Shown one piece after another: positions 11,464 through 24,861 of a stretch of 64,000 bases of DNA. A model generated the notes under the pieces. The model saw only the letters and a list, made by a program, of their open reading frames with translations, made no database searches and had not been told where the DNA came from. Positions within the stretch are counted from its first letter, which is position 1. Each line of letters begins with the position of its first letter. The translations under genes and the position numbers were made by a program. The DNA comes from Camelus ferus. Taxonomy: Eukaryota. The DNA is taken from positions 73,286,001-73,350,000 of the forward strand of contig NC_045696.1 of NCBI RefSeq assembly GCF_009834535.1. The letters run 5' to 3'.

Positions 11464-14400
11464 CAAATATCAATACAAGAAAAGGATGATACACTTGTTA
11501 ACATATGCGCACTCACTATAGGAATACCTAAATGCACAAAACAAATACCAACAGACATAAGAGGAGAAATTATGGGGATAATAATTGTAGAAGACTTTAA
11601 CACCTTACTGACATCAAAGGACAGATTTTCCAGACAGAAAATCAGTAAGGCAACAGAAATACTAAATGACACAATTGAACAGTTAGACTTACTTGATATT
11701 TTCAGGACATTACATCCAAAAGCTCTCCAGAATACTCATTTTTTTCAAGTGCACATGGAACATTCTCTAGGATAGACGACATACTAGGACACAAAACAAA
11801 CCTTAACAAATTTTAGAGGATAAAAATTAGTTCAACTATCTTTTTCTGACCACAATGGCATGCAACTAGAGACCCACCACAGAAAGAGAAATGAGAAATA
11901 AAAATTACATGAAGACTAAACAATATGCTACTAAAAAACCAATGGGCCAATGAAGAAATCAAAGAGGACATTTGAAAATACTTTGAAACAAATGGCAATG
12001 AAAGCACAATTACACAAAATCTGTGGGATGCAGTAAAAGCACTCCTACAAGGGGATTTCATAGCAATACAGGCCTTCCTCAAAAAACAAGAACAATCTCA
12101 AATAAACAACCTAACCTACCACCTAAAAACATTAGAATAAGAAGAACAAATAAAACTGAAAGTCAGCAGAAGGAAATAATAAAGATCAGAGAAGAAATAA
12201 ATCATATTGAGATTTAAGAACAATAGAAAAAATCAATAAAAACAAAGAGCTCATATTTTGAAAGGGTAAACAAAATTGACAAATCTCTGGCTAGGCTCAC
12301 CAAGAAGAAAAGAAAGAGGACCCAAATAAACAAAATGAGAAATGAAAGAGGAGAAATTATAAATGATACTACAGGTATACAAAAAAAATCATAAGAGAAT
12401 ACTATAAATAGTTACATACCAAAAAATTGGACAACTGAGAAGAAATGGACAAGTTTCTAGGAACATACATTCCACCAAAACTGAATCAAGAAAAAATTAG
12501 TGATTTGAACAGACAAATCACTAGAAGTGAAATAGAATCTATAATTTTAAAACTCCTGCAAACAAAAGTCCAGGACCAGATTGCTTCACTGGGGAATTCT
12601 ACCAAACATACAAAGAACTTATACCAATCCTTCTCAAACTCTTCCAGAAGACTGAAGAGGCAGGAACACTCCCAAAGTCATTCTATGGAGCCATCATCAC
12701 CCTGATTTCAAAACCAAAAAAGACACTATGAAAGACATTACCACAAAAGAAAATTATAAACCAATGTGTTTGATACATATAGATGTAAAAATTCTCAAAA
12801 AAAATATTAGCAAACAGAATCCAACAACACCTTAAAAAGGTTATACATCATGATCAAGTTGGACTCACCTCAGGGTCACAAGTATGGCACAACATATGCA
12901 AATCAATCAATGTGATACACCAATCACATCAACAAAAGAAAAGATAAAACCACATGATCATCTCAATAGATGCAGAAAAAGCATTTGATAACATTCAATA
13001 TCCATTTATGATAAAAACTCTTACCAAAGTAGGTATAGAGGGACTATATCTCAACACAATAAAAGTTATTTATGACAAACCCCCAGCCAACATAACTCTC
13101 AACAGTGAAAAACTGAAAGCCTTCCCACTAAACTCTGGAACAAGACAAGGATGTCCACTCTCACCACTTCTATTCAACATAGTATTGGAAGTCTTAGCCA
13201 CAGTAATCAGGCTAGAAGAAGAAATAAAAGGGATCCAAATTATAAAGGAAGAGGTAAAGTTGTCATTATTTGCAGATAACATAGTACTATACATAGAAAA
13301 CTCTAGAAACTCCACCTAAAAACTACTAGAACTAATAAATAAACTTAGCAAGGTAGCAGGATATAAGATTAACACAAAGAAACCTGTTGCATTTCTTTAC
13401 ACTAACAATGAAATATCAGAAAGGGAAAGTTTTTTTAAAAATCCCCTTTAAAATTACATCAAAAAAAATGAAATACATAGGAATAAACTGACCAAGGAGG
13501 TGAAAGATTTATATGGTAAGAACTATAAAACATTGATAAAAGAAATTTAAGATGATTCAAAGATATGGAAAGATATTCCATGCTCTTGGATTGGAAGAAT
13601 TAATATTGTTTAAAATGGCCATACTATGCAAAGCTATCTACAGCTTTAGTGTGATCCTTATTAAATTACCCATGACATTTTTCACAGAATTAGAACAAAT
13701 AATTCTAAAATTTGTATGGGAACCACAAAAGATCCAGAATTGCCAAAGTGATCCTGAGGAAAAAGAACAAAGCTGGAGGAATAACCCTCCCAGACTTCAG
13801 ACACTACTACAGAGCTACAGTAATCAAACAGCATGGTATTGGCACAAAAACAGACATATGGATTAGTGGAACAGAAAGAGAGGCCAGAAATAAACCCACA
13901 TACCTACTGTCAATTAATCTTTGACAAAGGAGGCAAGAATACCTATTACATTGGGGTAAAGACAGTCTCTTCAGCAAGTGGTGCTGGGGAAGCTGGACAG
14001 CTGCATGTAAATCAATGAAGTTAGAACACTAACTCATGCCATACACAAATATAAACTCAGAATGGTTTAACAACTTAAATACAAGACATGTCACCATAAA
14101 ACTCCTAGAAGGGAACATAGACAAAACATTCTCTGATGTAAATCTTAGCAATGTTTTCTTAAGTCTGTCTCCCAAAACAATGGACATAAAAGCACAAATA
14201 AACAAATGGGATTTAATCAAACTTGAAAAGCTTTTGCACAACAAAGGAAACCATAAAACAATGAAAAGACAACCTATGCACTGGGAGAAAATATTTGCAA
14301 ATGATGTGGCTGACAAGGGCTTAATTTCCAAAATATGCAAACAGCTCATACAACTCAGTATCAAAAAACAAAACAAACAAACAAACAAAACAACCCAACC

Positions 14401-15368
14401 AACCCAATCAAAAAGTGGGCAAAAGACCTAAATAGACATTTCTCCAAAGAAGACATACAGGTGGCCAACAGACAAATGAAAAGATGCTCAACATCACTAT
14501 TAAGAGAAATGCAAATCTACTACAATGAGGTTCACCTCACACCAGTCTGAATAGACAGTAGTATCAAGAAGTCTATAAACAATAAATGCTGCAGAGGGTG
14601 TGGAGAAATGTGAACCCTCCTACACTGTTGTTAGGAATGTCAGTTGGTTCAGGTGCTGAAGAAAAGAGTATCGAGGTTCCTCAAAAACTTAAAAATGGAA
14701 CTATCATATGATCTAACATTCCACTTCTGGGTATTTACCCAAAGAATATGAAAACAGTAATTTGAAAAGATATCACTATGTTTACTGCAGCATATTTACA
14801 GTAGCCAAAACACGGAAACAACCAAAGTGTCCATCAACAGATGAATGAATAGAGACAACTTGGGGTGTGTGTGTGTGTGTGTGTGTGTAATATACATATA
14901 TTATATTATTCAGTCATAAAAAAGAATGAAATCTTGCCATTTGCAACAACATGGATGAACCTAGAGATTATCATACTAAGTAAGTCAGACAAAGACAAAT
15001 ATCATATGATATCACTTATATGTGGAGTCTAAAAAATGATACAAAGAACTTATTTAGATAACAAAACAGACTCACAGACATAGAAAACAAACTTATGGTT
15101 ACCAAAGGGGAAGAGTGGGGAGGAACAAATTATGAGTTTGAGATCAGTAGATACAACCTACCACATATACAATATATGAACAACAAGGACCTACTGTATA
15201 GCACAGGGAACTATACTCAATATCTTGTAATAAACTATAATGGAAAAGAATCTAAAAAAGAATAAATAAATATATATATGCATATATAAAACTGAATCAC
15301 TTTGCTGTACACTGGAAACTAACACAACATTGTAAATCATCTATATTTCAACAAGTAAAATAAAAAAA
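11464..15368 (+). mobile_element. L1, 5'-truncated: degenerate ORF2 (EN to C-terminus) plus 3'UTR
   Basis: ORF fragments match L1 ORF2 ([29 protein letters not shown]). Many stops and frameshifts, (GT)n at ~14864-14888, A-rich tail. Confidence 0.95.
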
Positions 15369-17452
15369 TAATTATTGATAGCTATGTGCCTACTGCCGTT
15401 TTGTTACTTATTTTCCAGTGTGTGTTTGTTTTGGTAGTTCTTTCTTTGTTATTTTAGTCTCTTTCCCTCATAGTTTGATGATTTTCTTTATTGTTATGCT
15501 TGGTTTCCTTTCTCTTTGTTTTCCTATATATCTATTGTAGGTTTTTGGTTTATAGTTATCATGAGGCTCAAATATATTGATCTATATATTTATATTTATT
15601 TGCTTTAAACTGTCATTCAAGTTCAAACACATTGTAAAAGCTCTACATTTCTTACTCCCTGACATTTTGGTTTTGACATCCTATTTTACATTTTTTGTGT
15701 ATCCTTAACTACTTATTGTATAGTTGATTTTATGACTTGTCTTTGAATGTTCATACTAACTTTTTAGTGATTGATCTACTGCAATGTTGCAAGTGAGGAT
15801 TTTTTCCTCTATCTATAGTGAGGTTATTTTTCTCTTATATTTTTTCTTGTTATGGTCTTCATTTTTTGCTTAAAGAAGATTCTTTGCTGTTTCTTTTAAG
15901 GCTGATTAGTGGTGATGAGCTCTTTCAGTTTTTGTTTGTGTGGGATACGCCTCATCTCTCAAACTGAACTGACAGCCTTGCAGGGTAGATTATCCTTGGT
16001 TGTAGGTTTTTTCCTTTCAGTTCTGTAATTATATCTTGCCACTACCTTCTGGCCTGCAAAATTTCTGCAGAAAAAATCACTTGATGGCCTTATTGTGGTT
16101 CCCTTGTATATTACTCTTTGTTTTTCTCTTGCTGCCTTTAGAATTCTCACTTTAACTTTTGCTATTTTAAGTATGATATGTCTTGGAGTGGGTCTCCTTA
16201 GCTTCATCTTGTTTGGGACTCTCTATGATTCCTGTACCTGGATATCTGTTTCCTTCTTCAAGTTAGGAAAGTTTTCAGCCACAGTTTCATCAAATATATT
16301 TTCTGGCCCTTTCTCTCTCTCTTCTCCTTTTGGGACCCCTATAATGAGAATGTTAGTATGCTTGATCTTGTCCCAGAGGTCCCTTACACTATCCTTCTTA
16401 ATTTTTTTTAAATTTTGCTGTTCTGATTGAGTGATTTCCAGTATTCTGCTTACCAGGTAGCATATGCATTCTTCTGTGTCACCTAATTTGTTGTTAACTT
16501 CTTCTAGTGTATTTTTCATTTCAGCTTTATTTCTTCAATGCTGATTGGTTCTTTTTTATATTTTCTAGTTCTTTGTTGAATTCCTCACTGTGTTCCTCTA
16601 CTGTTCTACCAGGGTGTGCTGGCAGTTGCCACCTTGGTGGAATGTAGGGCTGGAGTTAGTGGGGCTAGAACTGGAGTCTGGTGAAAGCCAGGGCTTCTCC
16701 CAGGCAAGATTGTAGTCAACGCCACATTGAGGGGGCATAGCGAGGGCCTGAGGGGCTACAGCAGGAGTCCTGAGGGAGTTGGGCTTCTCCTCAGAGTGAT
16801 GATGGTCTCTATGTTGGTTGGGGGTGGGGCCAGGGCCAAGGGGCTGGAGCCACAGTTCTGTGCTAGCTTTGCTTCTTCCTGGTGCATGCCATGGTGTTCT
16901 CTACCTTGGCCAAGAATAGGGTGGAGAAAAAGGAGCTGGAGCAGAAGCCTAGTGCAGGCTGGGGGAGCATGCTTGGGTGGTCCTCTGGCCAGCCAGAGCA
17001 CCAGGAAGTTTTCAATTTATTGTTTCTGCAGGGGGACTGGGAGCAAGCAGTTCTGTGCATGCACCCTTGAAGACCAGAGTCTCAGTTTCCTACAGATCTC
17101 TGGTAAGCCCCACTGGTTTTCCAACCAGCCAAGGGGGTTAATCTTCCTGGTGCAGACCCCATGCCTTGGGTGCCCAGTGTGGGGCTTGAGCCTCTCACCC
17201 CTTAGCAAGATCCCAGATGATATCCCCCCCTCTTCTGGGTCACCCACCAGTGGTATAGGTCCTGACTAGATCACTTCTCCCCTCCTACCACAAGACTCTG
17301 TGAGGTTCCTTCTTTATAATCTTGGTTGTAGAAAAGCTATTATGCTAGTCTTCATGTCATTCTCAGAGAGAGTTGCTCTATACATAGTTTGATGTGTTTG
17401 TTAGGGGAGGTGAGCTCAGGGTCTTCCTACTCCATCATCTTGATTCCACCTG
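15369..17452 (-). mobile_element. L1 5' part (5'UTR, partial ORF1, ORF2 start), antisense
   Basis: Minus ORFs 15959-16207 and 16223-16519 are ORF1-like (RPTPRHIILKIAK; IIGVPKGEEREKG). L1 start motif caagatgatggagtaggaagac near 17440. Confidence 0.92.
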
Positions 17453-17499
17453 CCTCCCAACAAAACCTCCACAATTTTCTATTTCACCTAAGTGTAATT

Positions 17500-20226
17500 T
17501 CACTTGAAGCTGTATCTCTTCTTCAGTTTCTTTCCTCAGTGTCTTATCGTTTTCAGTGCACAAGTCTTTCACCTCCTTGGTTAAATTTATTCCTAAGTAT
17601 TTTATTCTTCCTTATGTAATTGTAGATGGGATTGTTTTCTTAATTTCTCTTTTGGACAGTTTGTTGTTAGTGTATAAAAATGAAACAAATTTTTGTATAT
17701 TGATTTTGTATTCTGAAACCTTACTGAATGTGTTTCTTAGTTCTAACAGCTTTTTGGTGCAGTCTTTAGGATTTTCTTCTTAAAGAATCTTGTCATCTGC
17801 AAATAGTGACAGTTTTACTTCTTCCTTTCCAATCTGAATGCCTTCTTTCCTTCAGTTCTTTGTTCCTTCCTTTCTGCCTGATTGCTGTGGCTGGGACTTC
17901 TAACACAGTGTTTAATAAAAGTGGCAAGAGTGGGTATCCTGTCTTATGCCTAATCTTAGAGGAAAAGACTTTAGCTTTTCATAGTTGAGTCTAGTGTTAC
18001 CTGTAGGTTTGTAATCTACAGCTTCTATCATGTTGAGGTATGTTCCCTGTGTACCTACTTTGTTGAGAGTTTTTCTAATAAATGGATGCTCAATTTTGTC
18101 AAATGCTTTTCTGCATCTAGTGAGATAATCATATGGTTTTTAGCCTTTATTTCGTTACTGTGGTATATCATGTTGATTAATTTGTGGATATTGAACCATA
18201 CTTGCTACCCTGGAATGAATCCTAAAAATAAATCATGACTAAATGATCCTTTTAATGTATTGTTGAATTTGGTAAGCCAATATTTTGTTGAGGATTTTTG
18301 CATCTATGTTCATTAAGGATATTGACTTATAATTTTCTTTTTTTTGTACTGTCCTTATCTGGTTTTGGTTGACCTTACAAAAAAAGTTTGAAAGTGTTCC
18401 TTCCTCTTCAAACTTTTTGAACAGTTTTTGAAGGATAGGTAGTAAATCTTCCCAGAATGCTTGATAGAATTCACCAGTAAAACCATCCATTCCTGGACTT
18501 TCAGTTATTGGGAGGTTTTTGAATGCTGATTCAATATTCTTGCTAGTAATCAGTCTATTCAGATTTATTCAGATTTTCTTTTTTTTATGAAAAGACTGTG
18601 TTTTGAGAAATTTATCCATTTCTTCTAGGTTGTACAATTTGTTGTCATAAAATTGTTCACAGAAGTTTCATGATCCTTCATATTTCTGTGGTGTCAGTTG
18701 TAACTTCTCCTCTTTCCTTTCTTATTTTGTTTACGTGAGCCCTATCTCTTTTCATTTTGACTAGTCTAGCTTAAGGTTGGACAATTTGGTTTATCTTTTC
18801 AAAGAACCAGCCCTTAGTTTTGTTGATCTTTTCATTTTTTTAGTCTCTATTTCACTTTTTTTCTACTTTGATCTTTATTCCCTTCCTTCTACTAATTTTG
18901 GGCTTCATTTGTTCTTCTTTTTCTAGTTTCTGTAGGTATAATGTTAGATTGTTCTTATGAGATTTTTCTGATTTGTTGAGTTTGTTCTGTATTGATATGC
19001 ATTTCCCTCTTAGAACTACTTTTGCCATATCCTATAGATTTTGGTATATTGTATTCTGTATTCATTTGTCTCTCTATATTTTTTTATTCCTTTTTTTGAT
19101 TCTTCAGTGAGCCATTGATTATTCAGCAGCATGTTCTTTAATCTCCATACATTTGCAATATTTCAGTTTTCTTTTTGTAATTGATTTCTAGTTTCATATC
19201 ACTGTGGTCAGAGGTGATGCTTGAAAGAATTTCAGTCTTTTAAAATTTATTAATACCTATTTTGTGGCTTAACATATGATCTATCCTAGAGAATGTTCCA
19301 TGTACACTTGAGAAGAATTTGTATCCTGCTGCTTTTGGATGAAATATTTCACATGTATCTATCAAGTCTATCTGGTCTAGCATGTCATTTAAGGTCATTT
19401 CATTTAAGATCCACATTTCCTTATTGATTTTCTGTCTAGATGATCTAGCCATTGATTTGAAATGTTAAAGCCCCCTACTGTTATTGTATTGCTGTCAATT
19501 CCTCCCTTTAAGTCTTTTAATATTTGTTTTATATATTTTGGTGTTCCTATGTTGGGTGTTTATATACTTATAAATGTTTTATCTTCTTGCTGGATTGACT
19601 CCTTTATCATTAGGCAATACTCTCCTTTGATTTTCATTACAGTCTTTGTGTTAAAGTCTATTTTATCTGATGTGAGTATAACTAGACCAGCTCTATTTTT
19701 GTTTCCATTTGCATAGAATATCATTTTCCATCCCTTCATTTTCGGTCTCTGTGTGTCCTTACTTCTGAAGTGAGTCTCTTATAGGTTCCATATAAATGGG
19801 TCCTGTTTTTTATTCACTCAGCCGCTCTATGTCTTTCAATTGGAGAGTTTTGTCCATTTACAGTTAAAGTAATTATTGCTTCAATGTATTACTGCCATTT
19901 GTTAATTGTTTTGTGGCTGTTTGTGTAGTTGCTCCCTATTCCTTTCTTCTTCTCCTTCTCTTCCATTGTGGTTTGATGGCTTTCTTTACTGTTATGCTCA
20001 GATTCCTTTCTCATTTTCTTTTGCATATTTACTATGAATATTTGCTTTGTGGTTTCCATGAGGTTTACCTATAACATCCTATATATGATCTATTTTAAAT
20101 GATAGCACCTTATTGTTAAACACATTCCAAAATTTTACCTTCTCCCCTACATTGTTTTACATTTGATGCATCATTTTATATCTTTCTATTTTATAAATCC
20201 CTTAACTACTGTAGTTTTAGTTAATT
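17500..20226 (-). mobile_element. Older L1 ORF2 (EN-RT) and inter-ORF region, antisense
   Basis: Minus ORFs 18239-18490 (DGFTGEFYQ...[15 protein letters not shown]) and 19240-19452 (HGTFSRIDHML). Confidence 0.93.
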
Positions 20227-21185
20227 TTACTATTTTTATATTTTTAGCCCAGGAAATTCTCAAGCTACTGTCTCTGCCTTGGGACTAAGAGCTCGTGAGT
20301 CTGTGTGTGAGCCCTTCAGAAGAAGACTCTCAGTTTCTTACAGCCCTCTGGCTCTCTCAGACATAAGCCTTGCAGGTTTTCGAAGCCAGTCATTTTAGGG
20401 GCTCACCTTTCCAGTGCAGTTCCCGTGGGCTGAGGCATCCAATATGTAGCTCAAATCCCTTGCTCCTCAGAAAGGAGCTCTGTATTTGTGATACCCCTCC
20501 CACTTGGGTTGCTGTGCTGGTGGCAGGGGTCCTGGCAATACTATGAGTCTGTTCTTTCTGGCTGTCTCAATGTGGCTCCCCCCTCATCTTTTTTTGTTTC
20601 TTGTTGTGAAAGAGCTGTTTTCTCAGTCTAAAGATCTTTTTTAGAGAGAAATGTTCATTATGTATCTGTAGCTTTGGTGTGTTTGTGGGAGGAGCTTAAT
20701 ACCTTAATCACCATTTTGAACACTTCTTGATCACTCTAAACTTTTTATCAGGTAAATCATTTATCTCCATTACACTAAGTTTTTTTTCCCCCTGCAGTTT
20801 TCTCTTATTCTTTCATTTAGAACATATTCCTCCATTTCCTCATGTTGTTTTGTCTCTGTGTTTTGTTTGTTTGTTTGTTTTTGTATTAGGCAAAATAATA
20901 CCTCTCCTAGTCTTGAAGGAGTGGTCACAGGAAGACTAGGGGTGTGTTTCAGTCTGCTGTCCCTGTGGTGCCTTGTGGGTGGGAGCCTGTCAAGAACTCT
21001 CTCTCCAACTGTTTCAGTACTCTGGGTCCCAGAAATGCAAGCCCTTGGCCACCAGTGCCAGGCATTCAAGGGACATCCCCTGTGTGGACTCCATGTTTGC
21101 CAGCTTTGGCAGGGCCACTAGCAGTGGGGAATGTACCTGGCCACAGCAAGCCTGCTTGCCAGCTTGAGCAGCGCCATGGAAGGGG
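20227..21185 (-). mobile_element. L1 5'UTR and ORF1 N-terminal fragments, antisense
   Basis: GC-richer 5'UTR-like blocks similar to 17020-17420, with an ORF1-start-like block at ~20700-20860. Confidence 0.7.
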
Positions 21186-21990
21186 TCATAATATTCTTAA
21201 CATAAAAAGAGTTCTTATGAATCAATAAGAAACAGATCAACATGGGGAAAATGAACAAAGGGCAAAAAGAGAAAATTTCTAAAAGGATAATTGTAAGTAA
21301 GTGCTCAATTATCATGTAAAAAATTTCATCTTAAAAAATGCTCATCTTCAGTAGCAGTCAATGAAATGCATATTCAAACAGTAATAAAATACTATTTTTC
21401 ATCTATCAATCTGGCATTTTTTTAAAAAAAATGATAGTAGTGATGGTGAGGGTGCTGGGAAATCAGTTCTCTGAATTGCTGGTGGGAGTGCAACTTGATA
21501 GTACCTTTATTGAGAGCAATTTTACAATATGAATCAAAAGCCTTAATGTCTTATACTTCTAACATAGTAATTCCAATCCTAGAAATTTATCATGAGGAAA
21601 CAATTATGGATGTGTAGAAATATAGAAATGTTTATGACAACTCTATTCATAATGGTAGGAACACAAAATAATTTCAATGTCAGGAAAAAAAGGAGATTGA
21701 ATATGGTATAAAATGCCCAAAAGAAGGAAATAATGTCCCATTAAAAATTATGCTGCAAAGAACATTTAATGAGACAGAAATGCTTTATAAATATGCTGTT
21801 AAATTAAAAAATAAATAAATACAAGCTACAAACTATTTGTTTATGTCTGGTGTAAATGTATAGAAAAAAGTCTGAAAAGACATTCTGCAATATTTACAGT
21901 AGTATATCTGAGTGGAGGGAATGCCAATCATTTTTATTTTTAATTTACATTTATCTATATTTCCTATGTTGCTTAAAGTATATAGATACT
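21186..21990 (+). mobile_element. Ancient L1M(E)-like ORF2 end/3'UTR
   Basis: Degenerate motifs gaaatgcatattcaaac, gctggtgggagtgcaacttg, gtaattccaatcctagaaattta. Confidence 0.7.
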
Positions 21991-22769
21991 ATTTTTATAA
22001 TTAGAAAAATAAGATTTATAAAGGAATGAAATGCACCCTGATCTCAAGGCACTTATAATTCCACAGCTTATGACAGCACAAAACATTTTTTATTGGTCAT
22101 AAATCAGAGGGTTTTTTTTTTTTTTGGTGAAAACCACAATTTTTTATTTAAAGGTATTCATTAAATATAGACCTAAATGTGATTTAACTTTCGCATTTTG
22201 CATTTCTATAATAATTCTACCTAATAAAACTGAAAAAGGAAAAAAAAGCATTTCTCTATTTGCACCTGAGGATACCTAAAAAAATTTTCTCTTCTTGACT
22301 ACCCAGAAATTTTGACATCAAAAAATTGAATCCATGTTTTAATCAATCAAACTTGAAGTGTGAATTGTTAATGTGGACTTGAAGCACTGTGAAATTTTAA
22401 GATGAAGAGAAATTTAGATCTACAATCTTATTGAAGTAAAAACATTCTTTCATCTTACTGAAGTTTAAGATGATTTCTTAGAAAAATTCTACAGCTTTCA
22501 ACAGTAACCTGATTTACTCTTGTCAACATTTCAAATGTTGAATCTATTGGGACTAAAGACCAAATGAGAAATTGATGTCCTACCAAAAGACTGAACATTA
22601 AGTCCCGCTTGAGACACTGAGAGTGATTTTGGTTCAATTCTATTAATGTAAAGCCCAGGAAACCCAACTGACAGAAGGGAGAAGCAGAGGACGGAAGTGG
22701 AGGTAGTCCAATGTAGAATGATACAGTATCTTTTTTGACTTGTATAATAAACAGAATACCAAATACGGT

Positions 22770-22935
22770 TTCAGAAGACCTGTCTGAGTTTGAATTCCAT
22801 CTCTATCACATACTGCATGTGAGATTCTAGGCAAGTAACTACTTTTTGAAGCCTAAGTTTCCTCTTTCGTAAAATAAGGATTAAAAACACTCTAACAGAA
22901 TTATTGAGATTAACTGCTTTTAACATTGGAAAGCT
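22770..22935. mobile_element. MIR SINE (target of the full-length L1)
   Basis: ggcaagtaact...gcctaagtttcctctttcgtaaaataagga core. Confidence 0.75.
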
Positions 22936-22939
22936 TGAG

Positions 22940-24030
22940 ACGGGGCCAAGATGGTGTTGTAGTAGGATGCTCGTAGCTCACCCTCTCCCACAGATACACC
23001 AAGACGCACATCCACGGACCCACTCAGCCAACCAGAGCACCTGCTGAACTCCCAAAGAACACCGTCCTCTTCAAAAGACAAAGACGCCAAAAATCTGGTA
23101 GGAGAAAGGAAAAACAGAAAGACGAAAAGGCAGAACACTGCGGGACCGGTCCCACGGGGAGGGAGCGGCAAAGGACAACTTGCGCTTGTTCGCTGGGTCT
23201 CCCCCTCTCCAATGGAGAGGCCAGCGGGACAGAGGGGGAGCCTCCAAGGCTCGGATCTGTACAGAGCAGCCCTTGACCGACAGAACTAAGTCAAAGGGCA
23301 CAGATGATCCCTGCGACACCCAGCCGGAGACCCCAGCTGGGAGCTGGGGGCCGGGACACGCTGCCTGAGCCAGGTGGAGGACAGAGACAGCTGCGTTGAG
23401 GCAGGGGGCTGCGCAACGTGGATGAATGGGTGCACATGGCAGAACAACCTGGGCCCTCCATGAAACAGCACGGCTGATGTGCCCTGGGGGGAAGGGTGCA
23501 TACCCCCATATCTGAAAACCCACGGAAGGTTTTCGGCGACGAGAGGCGGGGCTCAGGCATGGCAACCATATCCTCCATAGCTTTGCACCCAGGTGGGGGC
23601 GGGGGCGAAACCTGAATCCGCGCCTGGGGGCTGGGCAGCCTCAAAGGCCAGACAGTGACCTGCTTGCAGCCTGAGTCAGATAGGATCCTTCCGCCCTGGT
23701 GCCTCACAAAGTTCGCACCTCCAGGACAAACAAGGAGCTGAGTTTGGACACACAGCAGGGGCGGGGCTGTTCTAAGGCAGAGTGCACAGAGTGACGGAGC
23801 GTGCAGCGGCACGGAGCCGTGGAGCTACCGGCACCAGGAGATGGTGGGTGGCCCCCCGCCTTTCCGGCAGGAACGCTGTCTGGGGAGGGGGCACAATCTG
23901 CTTGCTGACAGGCACTGGGAGCAGCACAGACGAGGGTGCCAACGGAGGGCCTCTGGAAACAGCAAGCTGAGCTTGCGAAACAGGGCGAAGACAGAAAGAC
24001 TTCTCATTAAGAGCACACAGTCTCCAGAAC
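22940..24030 (+). promoter_or_regulatory. L1 5'UTR CpG island / internal promoter
   Basis: The only strongly GC- and CpG-rich kilobase in the window; YY1-like caagatgg at the 5' end. Confidence 0.85.
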
Positions 24031-24059
24031 ACCCCCTCCCCTCCTTTTCTTTTTTAATC

Positions 24060-24740
24060 TGTTTTTACCTGTTGTATTTTCTATTACCTTTTTAATTTTT
24101 ACTTTTTAAACAATTATATATCCTCCCAGTTTTAATTCCTTTTAAATCTTTCTTTTAAAATATTATTTAAAAAAATTCACGTCATGTCATTTTCCTCTCT
24201 CTTGGTTTTGATCTCCTGTTATTGATTATACACAGGTTTCAGATATATTTTTTTCCCTTTTCTCCTATTTTAAAGGTTTTTAAGAGACGTCTCAACCCGA
24301 TTGCTATTCTGTTTCAACTTGCTCTTCAATTATTCATTATACAGTTTTCAAAACTTTTATCCTCTTTTTCAAAATTCTCTCTTTATCATCTTTTTTATCT
24401 GTTCTATTTTTATTACCTTTTTATTTTCTACTTTCTAAACAATTATATATGCTTTTACTTTTAATTCCTTCTTAAATTTGTCTTTCAAAGTAGTTATATT
24501 ATTACTATGTTTTAAAAATCCACCTGATTTCATTTTCATTTCTTTTGGTTTTGATCTCCTGTTATTGATTATAAATAGGTTTCAAATATCGTTTTTTGAT
24601 CTTTTTTTCCTTTTTTTTAAGGGTTTTAAAAAAAGACATCTCAGCTCAAATACTAGTCTGATTCAAATTGCACTTCTATAACTTATTATAAACTGTTTTC
24701 AAACCTTTTTTTCTCCCTTCTTTTAAAAGTATCTTTCTCT
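24060..24740 (+). repeat. Two diverged ~330-345 bp T-rich tandem units in the L1 5'UTR
   Basis: Exact anchors ttggttttgatctcctgttattgattata at 24202 and 24545, and taaacaattatata at 24107 and 24436. Confidence 0.85.
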
Positions 24741-24861
24741 CTCTCTCCTTTTTTAATTTTGAAGTTTATTCCTACATAGGCATTAGATAGATAAATAAAT
24801 AAACTCCTTTAAGGACCACAATAGATAACTGATACTCCGTAAGCCACAGTGCCAGAGAGAT

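Noticed and set aside
16727..17269. 180-aa ORF
   Set aside because: Lies within an antisense L1 5'UTR; GC-rich, no domain.
23071..24032. Antisense ORFs of 86-173 aa in the L1 5'UTR
   Set aside because: Expected in GC-rich sequence; no recognisable similarity to ORF0 or any protein.
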